Assembly: GCA_028286685.1 (NCBI GenBank)
Contig: JAQBRA010000002.1
Coordinates: 1,073 to 65,072 of the forward strand
Length of the DNA stretch: 64,000 bases
From: Candidatus Adlerbacteria bacterium
Lineage (GTDB): Bacteria; Patescibacteriota; Minisyncoccia; Phycocordibacterales; SBAW01
Direction of reading: 5' to 3'
In this document: one piece after another, positions 26,465 to 35,677 of the stretch
How positions within the stretch are numbered: the first letter of the stretch is position 1
Layout of the letters: every line of letters begins with the position of its first letter
Translations under genes and position numbers: made by a program
Notes under the pieces: generated by a model
What the model was told of the DNA's origin: nothing
Databases searched by the model: none
The model's input: only the letters and a program-made list of their open reading frames with translations

Positions 26465-27635
26465 TATTGTCACCGGCATAGACATCGGCACTTACCACGT
26501 CAAAGTGGTAATTGCTGAGCGCGCGGACGACCCCCGAGTACCGCCCCGCATTCTGGGCACCGGCTACGCCGAGTCCCGCGGCCTGCGCCAGGGCTACATC
26601 GTCTCCATACCCGAAGTCTCTCGCTCGGTCGCCGCAGCGGTGGCCCAGGCAAGCAAGGCCGCGCGGGTAAAAGTTAAGCGCGCCTATCTGGCGGTTGGCG
26701 GCGTGGGGCTCGACGAGGCCTTCTCGCGCGGAGAGACGGTTGTTGAGCGCGGCGACAGCGAGATTACTGACCGCGACCTGCCGCGCGCCATAAAGGCCAG
26801 CGAAGCGGCGCTTCCGCCATCCGCGACCCTTAACCGCAAGATACTGCACACCATACCGCTCAAGCTCTCCGTCGACGGCACGCGCGTCATGGGCCGTACG
26901 CCCGCCGGCATGAAGGGCGTGCGCCTTTCGGTCGAGACCCTTTTTATCACCTGCCTGGAGCGCCACGTGCATGACCTGGTTGCCGCCGTAGAGGACGCAG
27001 GGCTTGAGGTTGAAGATGTCGTAGCGGCTCCCCTGGCTGCATCGTTTATCGCGCTTACCAAGATGCAGAAGCGCGTGGGCTGCGTCCTCGCCAACATCGG
27101 CGCCGAAACCCTTTCCATTATCGTATTTGAGGACAATGCGCCCACCTCGCTTAAAGTATTTCCCGTAGGCGCATCCGACATCACCAACGACCTGGCGCTC
27201 GGTCTGCGCATCAGCCCCGAAGAGGCGGAAGGATTGAAGTCCGGCGCCGTGCTCGGATCGACTTATCCTAAGAAAAAAGTCGACGACCTCATTGCCCGGC
27301 GTGTCGGGGACATGTTCCGGCTCGTCGAGGCGCACCTGAAAAAGATCGGCAAAGACGAGCTCTTGCCCGCGGGCATCATACTCACCGGAGGCGGCTCGGC
27401 CGTGCAGTCGGTCGCAGACCTCGCCAAAGCAGTGCTGCGGCTCCCTTCGCGCACGGCGGCGCTTGCGGAAGGCACTGCGGCAAAGATGCAGCTGCGCGAC
27501 TCATCGTGGGCAGTAGCCTACGGCCTTACCGTCTGGGGCTTCAGCGAGGGCGGCGAACTGGAGATCCACGAGCCGAGCACCGTTTCTGAAACCCTCAGGT
27601 CGCTGTGGCGCTGGTTTAAGAAATTCTTGCCCTAG
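26457..27635 (+). CDS. ftsA: cell division protein FtsA
   Basis: Actin-like ATPase MNNIVTGIDIGTYHVKVV...GGGSAV, immediately upstream of ftsZ. Confidence 0.85.
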   Translation: MNNIVTGIDIGTYHVKVVIAERADDPRVPPRILGTGYAESRGLRQGYIVSIPEVSRSVAAAVAQASKAARVKVKRAYLAVGGVGLDEAFSRGETVVERGDSEITDRDLPRAIKASEAALPPSATLNRKILHTIPLKLSVDGTRVMGRTPAGMKGVRLSVETLFITCLERHVHDLVAAVEDAGLEVEDVVAAPLAASFIALTKMQKRVGCVLANIGAETLSIIVFEDNAPTSLKVFPVGASDITNDLALGLRISPEEAEGLKSGAVLGSTYPKKKVDDLIARRVGDMFRLVEAHLKKIGKDELLPAGIILTGGGSAVQSVADLAKAVLRLPSRTAALAEGTAAKMQLRDSSWAVAYGLTVWGFSEGGELEIHEPSTVSETLRSLWRWFKKFLP

Positions 27636-27762
27636 GCAAGCGCCGCCATAGGGCGGCTTTTTCGATACAAAAGCCAGGTTTGTCAAAATTGCCAAAGGTT
27701 TTAGGAACAAGTAGAGTTGTAGGGCTACACGGCACGCACACCTAAACAACCAACCAATCCTT

Positions 27763-28986
27763 ATGGCACAAGTACATCCTGAAATCGAGGCATTCGCGCG
27801 CATTCGCGTCATTGGCGTGGGCGGTTCGGGCAAGAATGCCGTCAACCACATGGTCGAGGAGAAGGTGCGTGGTGTCGACTTCATCACGATAAACACCGAC
27901 GCGCAGGACCTCCACCACTCCCTCGCCAAGAAGAAAATCCATATCGGCAAGAACCTCACGCGCGGCCTCGGCGCCGGCATGAACCCGGAGCTCGGCAAGC
28001 GCGCTTCCGAGGAAACCAAGGAAGAGATACAGCAGGCCATCAAGGGCTCTGACATGGTCTTTATCGCGGGCGGCATGGGCGGCGGCACCGGCACGGGTGC
28101 AGCGCCCGTCGTTGCGCGCACCGCAAAGGAAATGGGCGCGCTTACCGTCGCGGTCGTTACCAAGCCGTTTGCCTTCGAGGGCCAGGCCCGCATGCGCTTG
28201 GCCGAGGCCGGGCTTGACGACCTGCGCAAGGAAGTAGACGCGCTCATCATCATCCCCAACGACCGCCTCCTCGCTACCGTCGCCAAGGACACTACGCTCA
28301 AGCAGGCCTTCGCCCAGTGCGACGACGTCTTGAAGCAGGCTGTGGAGGGCATCTCCGACCTCATCACCAATCCGGGCATCATCAACGTCGACTTCGCCGA
28401 CGTCCGCGCGGTCATGGAAAACTCCGGCTCGGCCCTTATGGGCATCGGTATCGCCTCGGGCGAAAACCGCTCCGCCATCGCCGCCAAGGCCGCCGTCTCC
28501 TCGCCGCTCCTCGAGCTCTCCATCAACGGCGCCAAGGGCGTCCTGTTCGCCATCGCGGGTGGCGATGACCTGGGCATGCTCGAGGTCCACGAGGCCGCTA
28601 AAATAATCACCGAGTCCGTCGACCCGAACGCCAAGATCATCTTCGGCGCAGTCAAGGACGACAAGCTCAAGAAGGGCGAGGTTCGCGTGACCGTTATTGC
28701 GACCGGCTTCCCCGCCCCGGGTATGGCCGCTCCCCGCGGCACGCCTTTGTTTACGGCATTCGGCCGCGAGACCACCAAAGAAAAGGAGAAGGAGGAGGAT
28801 GTGCCGCCCTTGGGCCAGGCAGGACGCATCTTTAATGCGCCCCAGGCCCCCGCTCCCCGCGAGGAAAAGGAAGAACCTAAAGTAGCGGCACCTTCCTCTC
28901 AGGAGCCCATCAAGATCAAAGTAGACGAGGATGACGACGAGTGGGGCGCGGTACCGAGCTTCCTGCGCCGCCCCAAGATTAAGTAG
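27763..28986 (+). CDS. ftsZ: cell division protein FtsZ
   Basis: GVGGSGKNAV, the tubulin signature GGGTGTG, a T7-loop region, and the C-terminal peptide. Confidence 0.95.
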   Translation: MAQVHPEIEAFARIRVIGVGGSGKNAVNHMVEEKVRGVDFITINTDAQDLHHSLAKKKIHIGKNLTRGLGAGMNPELGKRASEETKEEIQQAIKGSDMVFIAGGMGGGTGTGAAPVVARTAKEMGALTVAVVTKPFAFEGQARMRLAEAGLDDLRKEVDALIIIPNDRLLATVAKDTTLKQAFAQCDDVLKQAVEGISDLITNPGIINVDFADVRAVMENSGSALMGIGIASGENRSAIAAKAAVSSPLLELSINGAKGVLFAIAGGDDLGMLEVHEAAKIITESVDPNAKIIFGAVKDDKLKKGEVRVTVIATGFPAPGMAAPRGTPLFTAFGRETTKEKEKEEDVPPLGQAGRIFNAPQAPAPREEKEEPKVAAPSSQEPIKIKVDEDDDEWGAVPSFLRRPKIK

Positions 28987-29016
28987 TTTACAAAAGGCGC
29001 ATAGAGTTGTATCTTA

Positions 29017-29042
29017 GCGGCGGACCCAATCCGCCGCTTTTG
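29017..29042 (+). terminator. rho-independent terminator after ftsZ
   Basis: agcggcgg-acccaat-ccgccgct followed by tttt. Confidence 0.65.
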
Positions 29043-29068
29043 GCGCACAAACGCACATAAAGGATGCC

Positions 29069-29662
29069 ATGTCTGAACAAGAGGCAGAACTGATCCGGAA
29101 TTCTCTCAGAAAAAAGCCAGGCACCTTTACCGGCAGAGAGATCGAGGGAATTTGCATCCATCGGGCCGCTAGTTCCGACCAGATCTGGCGGCAGATAGCT
29201 GAGCCGAGCCCCAAACTCTACTTGCACCAGCTAAAAGGCCATGCCCGAGCAATGATTCCCCAGAGTATCGAATACCTCAGGTCAGACGAGCCGGTAGCCG
29301 CTGTCGATAGCATAATCATATTTATGGTAAAGGCATGCCAGCGAACCGGACTGATTCTGGGGGACTTTATTCCCCCTAAGGAACTTGCCGGCGTCAGACG
29401 GGCGGCACTACTGCGAGGAGGACGGCTGCCGCTCGATAACCCAAGCCACCCGCTGATAAGGAGCGGCAACGGCAAGGAGATGTTCCGAGCACACGCGGTC
29501 ATCGCCGGAATAAGCCCTCAGGACCTCGGCATCAACAAAAATGAAGCCGAGCGCTGCCTTCGGGCATACTTCTACAAAGGCAGGCCGCGCATGAAAGAGC
29601 ATTGGAAGGCCGCTCAAAAACAGGCTGAGTTCGTCAATAACCTCTTCCCTGCCACCGCTTAG
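29069..29662 (+). CDS. hypothetical protein
   Basis: 197-aa ORF with lower GC and no recognisable motif. Confidence 0.3.
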   Translation: MSEQEAELIRNSLRKKPGTFTGREIEGICIHRAASSDQIWRQIAEPSPKLYLHQLKGHARAMIPQSIEYLRSDEPVAAVDSIIIFMVKACQRTGLILGDFIPPKELAGVRRAALLRGGRLPLDNPSHPLIRSGNGKEMFRAHAVIAGISPQDLGINKNEAERCLRAYFYKGRPRMKEHWKAAQKQAEFVNNLFPATA

Positions 29663-29692
29663 CGCGCCAGCAGGCGCTCAGTTTCTCAATAC

Positions 29693-29722
29693 GCCACCGC
29701 CAAAAGCGGTGGCTTCTTCTTT
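29693..29722 (+). terminator. rho-independent terminator
   Basis: gccaccgc-caaaa-gcggtggc followed by ttcttcttt. Confidence 0.6.
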
Positions 29723-29750
29723 GGGCCCTTACGCGGTAAAATAGATTTCT

Positions 29751-30677
29751 ATGTACGACCTTGCGATTATCGGCGGCGGCCCTGCGGGGGTTGCCGCCGG
29801 CGTGTATGCGGCCCGCAAACGACTTAAGACAGTTTTTATTGCAGAGACCTTCGGCGGGCAGTCGACCGACTCCCTCGATATCCAGAACTGGATAGGCATC
29901 CCGCATATCCCCGGCCCCGCGCTTGCTAAAGCCCTGGAGGCCCACCTGCGCGAGTATGCGAGCGATATCGTCGACCTTAAGGCTGGCGAGCGCGCCGCAA
30001 CTGTAGAGAAGAGTGCGACAGGATTTGCCATAACGACTCAGAAGGGCTCATACGAGGCCAAGACGGTCCTTATCGCCACCGGCGGCTCGCGACGCAAGCT
30101 CGGCATTCCGGGAGCCGAACAATACGAGAACAAGGGCATTGTCTACTGCGCCTCCTGCGACGGCCCGCTGTTTGCCGGACAAGACACGGTGGTTATCGGC
30201 GCGGGCAATGCCGGGTTTGAGACCGCAGCGCAGCTCTTGGCCTATGCAAAATCGGTTACGCTCCTTAACCGCAGCAGCGCATTTGACAAGGCCGACGCCA
30301 AGACCGTCGAAGCCGTGCGCAATCACCCGAACATGACCATACTTGCCGACACGGAGCCCGTAGAGGTTAAGGGCACGATGTTCGTAAATGCGCTTACGGT
30401 TAAAAACACCAAGACCGGAGAGACTAAAGATCTCCCTGCCGGAGGCATCTTTGTTGAAATCGGTGCCCTGCCCGCCACTGGCCTGGTCAAAGATCTCGTG
30501 GAATTCGACCCTTTCAATCACATAAAGGTCGACCCGCGCACGCAGCGCGCCTCAGTTGCGGGCGTATGGGCTGCGGGCGACTGCACGGACGGCTTGTACC
30601 ACCAAAACAATATTGCCGCGGGAGACGCGGTCAAAGCGCTCGAGGATATCTACTTGTATATAAAGTCGGGCAGCTAG
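29751..30677 (+). CDS. trxB: thioredoxin-disulfide reductase
   Basis: GGGPAG FAD site, redox CASCDG, and GAGNAG NADPH site. Confidence 0.9.
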   Translation: MYDLAIIGGGPAGVAAGVYAARKRLKTVFIAETFGGQSTDSLDIQNWIGIPHIPGPALAKALEAHLREYASDIVDLKAGERAATVEKSATGFAITTQKGSYEAKTVLIATGGSRRKLGIPGAEQYENKGIVYCASCDGPLFAGQDTVVIGAGNAGFETAAQLLAYAKSVTLLNRSSAFDKADAKTVEAVRNHPNMTILADTEPVEVKGTMFVNALTVKNTKTGETKDLPAGGIFVEIGALPATGLVKDLVEFDPFNHIKVDPRTQRASVAGVWAAGDCTDGLYHQNNIAAGDAVKALEDIYLYIKSGS

Positions 30678-32038
30678 CCTTTTTTAGGGACGTCGAATAT
30701 AGAAGGCTCGACCTTCTCCCCTGCCAAATGGCGGGCAATGATGCGTCCGCCGCAGGCCGAAGGCAGTATGCCTATGCCATTGCAGCCCAGGTTGTATAAA
30801 AGCACCGGGTTTTGCGGCTCGGGCCCGACCATGCGCACGCCGTTTTTGGTGTAGCCCATGAGCCCGTGCCAGGTAAAGATGTATTCTATTTTTTTGTTCG
30901 GATCCGAATCATACGTCTTGCGCAAAAAGTCATCGATCGCCTGCACATACTCCTCCGGAAACTCCTGCTCGTAGGAATACGCGCCTCGCTCCGGGAGCGC
31001 CGCCTCGGGCCCACCTATCGATATAAGGTTGTGGCCCGGGTGAGCTTCGTACTCATACGGGCGGCGAGTCAGGTAAAAGTAAACTTCTCCTGCGCTCGCT
31101 CCGGATTGCGGGAAGTAGCTAATAGCTACGGGAGGCTTATTGAGCTTCTCGAGATAGCCGGACATGTAGCCGATGTGGCCGCTAAGGCCGGCATGAAAGC
31201 GCCCGTTTACCTCAAGCCCGTGCTCGTTGATGATCGTAAAATCCTCGAATCCGTTGGTGCACAAGACGACCCTGTCTGCCGTTACAGTGTGCGTTCCCGC
31301 ATCCAAGAGCGCGTCGGCGTCGCGCAGGATCAGCTTATGGACCGGCGCATGCTCGTACAAGGCCAGGCGGTCGGGATACGTCTTGAGGAGATACGCAAAT
31401 ACCTCCTGGCACAAAAGCGCGCTATTGATGCAGCCTTTTTGATAGGAAAGCGCGGCCACGTACTCCGGCGCCTCGGACTCCAAAAGCGCCAGGACTTTCT
31501 GGTGCGGCACGACTTCGTAGAGCCCCTTGTACTCGGCCGGTATGGCGCTTAAGAAAGCAGCAGTCTCGCTTATTCGCATGCGCTCGAGCGGCAGGCCGGC
31601 CTCCTGGCGCCGGTGATTATTTTTCAAATGGAGCAGGACCTGGGTCTCGCTGGTAAAGCCCGCATGGCCCTCGAAACGTGAGAATGGGATATCGAGCCCG
31701 GCATCAGTGTACATCTCGTCTAAAAGCGCCCAGGCATCCTCGACGGCCCGCTGGCCGCGCGCCGCCATGTCCAGGCCGAACTCCTCTGCCAGGCTCGCAA
31801 AACCGCGCTCAAAGTAGCTCGTAACCTGCCCGGCATTGTGGCCCGTAGCGCCATGCGCCATCTTAAAGCGCTCGAGCACTACAACCCGCTTATCGGTGTA
31901 TTTAAGGGTGAAATACGCCGTGGCCGTGCCCGCGATGCCCGCGCCAATAATGGCCACGTCGGCTGCAAGGTCGCCCGGGAGAGTCTTTGACACCCGGGCT
32001 TGGTCGAGCTGGTAGAGCCAGGGCGAGCGGTTCTTCAT
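30674..32038 (-). CDS. FAD-dependent oxidoreductase (DAO family)
   Basis: VAIIGAGIAGTATAY dinucleotide fold, 454 aa. Confidence 0.6.
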   Translation of the reverse strand: MKNRSPWLYQLDQARVSKTLPGDLAADVAIIGAGIAGTATAYFTLKYTDKRVVVLERFKMAHGATGHNAGQVTSYFERGFASLAEEFGLDMAARGQRAVEDAWALLDEMYTDAGLDIPFSRFEGHAGFTSETQVLLHLKNNHRRQEAGLPLERMRISETAAFLSAIPAEYKGLYEVVPHQKVLALLESEAPEYVAALSYQKGCINSALLCQEVFAYLLKTYPDRLALYEHAPVHKLILRDADALLDAGTHTVTADRVVLCTNGFEDFTIINEHGLEVNGRFHAGLSGHIGYMSGYLEKLNKPPVAISYFPQSGASAGEVYFYLTRRPYEYEAHPGHNLISIGGPEAALPERGAYSYEQEFPEEYVQAIDDFLRKTYDSDPNKKIEYIFTWHGLMGYTKNGVRMVGPEPQNPVLLYNLGCNGIGILPSACGGRIIARHLAGEKVEPSIFDVPKKG

Positions 32039-32111
32039 GACTTAGTGAGTGAGAGAATAAAAATTTGTTTTTAATTCCGAGCGAGTGACAGCCATGCAAG
32101 ACGGAGTTCTT

Positions 32112-32522
32112 TTATCGTATGGTTTTGACGAGCGTAAAGTTGCCGCGGAAACCAGGGTTTCCCGAAGCGCCTTCGTCGACATCGCCGACGCGCACGACAA
32201 CCTGCCCGGGCTCCTCAAAGACGCCTATCTCGTGGCCGCCGCCAGCAAACCAGCAGATGACCTTGGATTTCTCATACTCCAAAAAGTCGGAGTCCATCTC
32301 GGCGCAGCTGCCCTCGTGCGTACCGATGTCGAAGCTCTCGCCGCCTGCCATGAGGGTTACTTGCGTCTGCGGTATGCCATCCTTTTCGCCCCGCTCGGAA
32401 AACTCCCACGAGTAGACAAGGGGCCCGGCCGGGGCTTTTGTGTCGTGCCTAAAGACCGTAAACGCCACGCCGCCCAAAATGATGATGATAAGGCCGAGAA
32501 TTCCCCATGATTTAGGTGTCAT
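32112..32522 (-). CDS. hypothetical membrane-anchored protein
   Basis: N-terminal TM (GILGLIIIILGGVAF). Confidence 0.3.
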   Translation of the reverse strand: MTPKSWGILGLIIIILGGVAFTVFRHDTKAPAGPLVYSWEFSERGEKDGIPQTQVTLMAGGESFDIGTHEGSCAEMDSDFLEYEKSKVICWFAGGGHEIGVFEEPGQVVVRVGDVDEGASGNPGFRGNFTLVKTIR

Positions 32523-32551
32523 GCGAATAAGTATAACGTCCTCGCCAGCTC

Positions 32552-33322
32552 TTACAAACGCTCTATAGTGGTCGCCCAGATAACGCCGTCTATGTCGTAG
32601 GGAGTGTTTGCCTCGGCCGGATGCAGCGGGCCCTCAACCTTGACCTTGGCGCCGGTTGGGAAATCGACCGGCGATGCGGACATAAGCGAGGTGTTTATGG
32701 CGTAGTGGCCGTCGCTCTGGTCTATTGCGATGCCGAAGGCGCATTCCATAGTATGTGGGCCGTCACCCTTGTGCGGCAGGCACTCCCAGACGCCCGTAAC
32801 GCTTACCCGCTCAGGCGGTGGCTCTGTGGCGCCCTTTTGCCAGCTGGAGATAAGCCATTGCTCCGCCCGTTTTTCGAGCGCAATAGTTACCGGATACGTG
32901 GCGGCATAGCCTTCTGGATCATCATTCGTTACCTCAACTACCGTGCCCTGCGCGGTCGCGGTCGCATCCTTGTAGCTAACCTCGGCAATCTCGACGCGGT
33001 CGGGCCACGGACTCGAGGTTTGGCGGCCAGGGGCGCTCTTAGGGTCAGCCTGCCATGCCGCAAAAAGTTCCGGGGTTATATAGAGGCCGTACTGCGCGCC
33101 CACTTGCGCCGCAGCATCCGGAGCCAGGAGCGAGACATTCTTCATGTTCGAGCCCAGGCCCTCGATAGCGGCCCGAATAGCTGAGTCCTCGGTATTGGAG
33201 ACCGAACCCTGATCCGGAGCCTTCTGCCCGCCGAACAGCACCAGCATCAGCGCGACCCCAAGTGCCACCGCCGCCCCTATCCCCATGATTGCCTCTTTTT
33301 TCATAAACACATTGTAACGCAT
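32552..33322 (-). CDS. hypothetical secreted/membrane-anchored protein
   Basis: N-terminal TM or signal sequence (IMGIGAAVALGVALMLVLFGG). Confidence 0.3.
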   Translation of the reverse strand: MRYNVFMKKEAIMGIGAAVALGVALMLVLFGGQKAPDQGSVSNTEDSAIRAAIEGLGSNMKNVSLLAPDAAAQVGAQYGLYITPELFAAWQADPKSAPGRQTSSPWPDRVEIAEVSYKDATATAQGTVVEVTNDDPEGYAATYPVTIALEKRAEQWLISSWQKGATEPPPERVSVTGVWECLPHKGDGPHTMECAFGIAIDQSDGHYAINTSLMSASPVDFPTGAKVKVEGPLHPAEANTPYDIDGVIWATTIERL

Positions 33323-33524
33323 TTGCGAGTGGCTACTTATTAAGCCGGGCCTAGCCAGAATTTTTCTTCTTGCTCATAATCGTGCCTACGATGCCGGCAA
33401 TGACCGCCAAGAGCCCGAGCAGCTGCGCTCCGCGGTTTAGGAGAAGCCTAGATAGTCTTATGTAGACTTTTTCTGCGTGTCATAGTGCCAGTATGCCAGC
33501 TCCCTACAAATAGGCGCGGAAAAA

Positions 33525-35423
33525 TTACGGCAACGACTGGCGGCCCTGTGTGGCCCCTACGACGGGTATCCCCTTCTGTTTTATATAATTGACTATGCTC
33601 TGGAACATGCTGGGCGTTACGGAGTAGAGACTGTTGTTAGTGTCAATATCGTGGAACGCGAGTATGAGCCACGTACGCGTCTGCGCCGCAGTATCGACCC
33701 ACTGCTTGACCTGGTCGAGCGTCACGGTATTACGCAGCTCCTGGTACTCGAGCTGGTACGGGTCGGAGTTGGTGGACACGTAGCCGCTTATGGTCGCGGC
33801 CGCACTGGTAAAGCCTGCGTCTCGCACGACCTGGAGCGTCGTCGCGTCGTACTCGCCGTACGGGTACGCGAACGAAAGCACCGACCCCACGCTCCACCCC
33901 AAAAGATCCTGCCGCGACCCGGCTATCTCGTCCTGCTCCTGCTGGGGTGTGAGCGCGGTCAAGTGCGCATGCGTGCGGGTGTGCGCGCCTATCTCGTGCC
34001 CGCGAGCCGCCAGGTCCTGCACTTGCGCCTTGGACACAAAGCCCGGAAAGCCATTGTCGGCCGTCTCGCGCGAGATAATATAGAACATCCCCTTGAATCC
34101 GGCCGTATCGAGCATGGGCGCGGCCGCGGAGTACTGGCTGCTTAAGCCGTCATCGAAGCGGAAGGTCACCGCCCCGGTCAAGAATATGCCGCTCGAGGCC
34201 GAAGAGGCGGTTATGGCTACGTTGTCGAGCGATAGCGTACCGTTGCCTTTGATAAGGTGGAAGACTCTCGTCTTGGCCGCAGCAGATGGCACCGAAAGAG
34301 CGGCCGTGGCAGTAGTCCACGACGAGGCGGCAGGCAAGGTCTTGAGGTCCGCGTAGAAAAAGCTGCCGTCGGCGCGCTGGAATTCTGCGGTCAAGATTGT
34401 CGGCACGTTCGCCATATAGCTGTCCGAGTAGGTATACGCGCCCGGTGAGAGCGCCACCTGCTCGTGCACCCACTTGGCGTCGCCGCTTGCGTAGCCCGAC
34501 ATAGCTATCTGCGCGCCATTGCCGCTCTGTCCCGAGACGGGATATGTAAACACGCGCGTATTGCTGCCATAGCCGCCGCGGGCCCAACGCGCTGGGAGCC
34601 CCCCGGAGCCCGCGGTCTCGAAGTCGCCGTTTAGCACCGAGTTCTGGGCGGACGGAGGCGGCGGGGACGGCGGCATGACCTCGCGCAGGACGTAGTCGTC
34701 GGTATCGAGCGTGCCGTTGCTTTTAATAAGATGGAAGATCGTCGCTGACACCGTGCCCGCGGGCGCCGCAAATTGCACCGTGATGTTCGTGTATGCGGCG
34801 CTCGCGGGCAAGGTGGCAACGTCCTTATAAACGAACGTGCCGCCCGAGAGCGCAAAGCGGATAGTGACTATGCTTGCGGCCGTGCTTTTGTAGGTGTCCG
34901 AAAATTCGTAGGTCTTGCCGCCTGTTACGGGCATGTCGTCCGGGTACCACTTGGCGTCGCCGCTTGCGTAATTGGATAGTGCGACCTCAACGCCACTGCC
35001 ACTTTTGCCCGGCACGGGGTACGTAAGCGCTCGCGTGCTGCTGCCGTAGCCGCCCTTGTGCCAGCTGGCTGGCAGGCCGGGCTGACCGGCAGTCTCAAGC
35101 CCGGGATTAGGCACCAGATTGGGGCCAAAGCTGGAAGCTGCCGGAGCGAGCGCGGCGGGAGCCGCCGCGGGCGCTGTCTTGTTGCCGCTCGGCAGCGTAG
35201 GACTCGGTATAGGCGCCTTTCTGTCTATGTTGGGCTCTTGCGCGGTTTCGCGGTGCGGTATGAGTATGGGCCCGGCGCGCTGCAGGTTAGGGTCCGCGGC
35301 GCTTTCTTGGTTTGGGACCGGAGCGCCGAAGGAGACCCCGAGCGGCGCCACCAGCGCCACCATGACAATAAGCGTCGCTATTTTCTTTCGCCCGCGCCAC
35401 CAATTGTTTACATTGTCTTTCAT
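33525..35423 (-). CDS. secreted polysaccharide deacetylase (NodB domain) with two tandem CBM4/9-like carbohydrate-binding modules
   Basis: NodB motifs FRFDDG...HTRTHAHL. Two about 130-aa repeats (NPGLETAG...SNYASGDAKW and NGDFETAG...SGYASGDAKW). Confidence 0.65.
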   Translation of the reverse strand: MKDNVNNWWRGRKKIATLIVMVALVAPLGVSFGAPVPNQESAADPNLQRAGPILIPHRETAQEPNIDRKAPIPSPTLPSGNKTAPAAAPAALAPAASSFGPNLVPNPGLETAGQPGLPASWHKGGYGSSTRALTYPVPGKSGSGVEVALSNYASGDAKWYPDDMPVTGGKTYEFSDTYKSTAASIVTIRFALSGGTFVYKDVATLPASAAYTNITVQFAAPAGTVSATIFHLIKSNGTLDTDDYVLREVMPPSPPPPSAQNSVLNGDFETAGSGGLPARWARGGYGSNTRVFTYPVSGQSGNGAQIAMSGYASGDAKWVHEQVALSPGAYTYSDSYMANVPTILTAEFQRADGSFFYADLKTLPAASSWTTATAALSVPSAAAKTRVFHLIKGNGTLSLDNVAITASSASSGIFLTGAVTFRFDDGLSSQYSAAAPMLDTAGFKGMFYIISRETADNGFPGFVSKAQVQDLAARGHEIGAHTRTHAHLTALTPQQEQDEIAGSRQDLLGWSVGSVLSFAYPYGEYDATTLQVVRDAGFTSAAATISGYVSTNSDPYQLEYQELRNTVTLDQVKQWVDTAAQTRTWLILAFHDIDTNNSLYSVTPSMFQSIVNYIKQKGIPVVGATQGRQSLP

Positions 35424-35677
35424 ACCTACATATCGTCTTTAACATACGGACGCGATTTCGCGTAAGTGTAGTGCGTATGCCGTGATAGGACTGTGAACAA
35501 AGGCTATGGACAAAGCACGCATGCCGTAGCACAGCGCAATAATCTGAAGATGAAATATGGCGCAACCGTGCGATATACGATTCTTCATTAAGTTTCATCG
35601 TCCTTTCACTATTGACCATATTCACCGAGTCTTAAAGAATATGCAGGTGCGAAGCTTACCCGTTATGAATTCCAAGA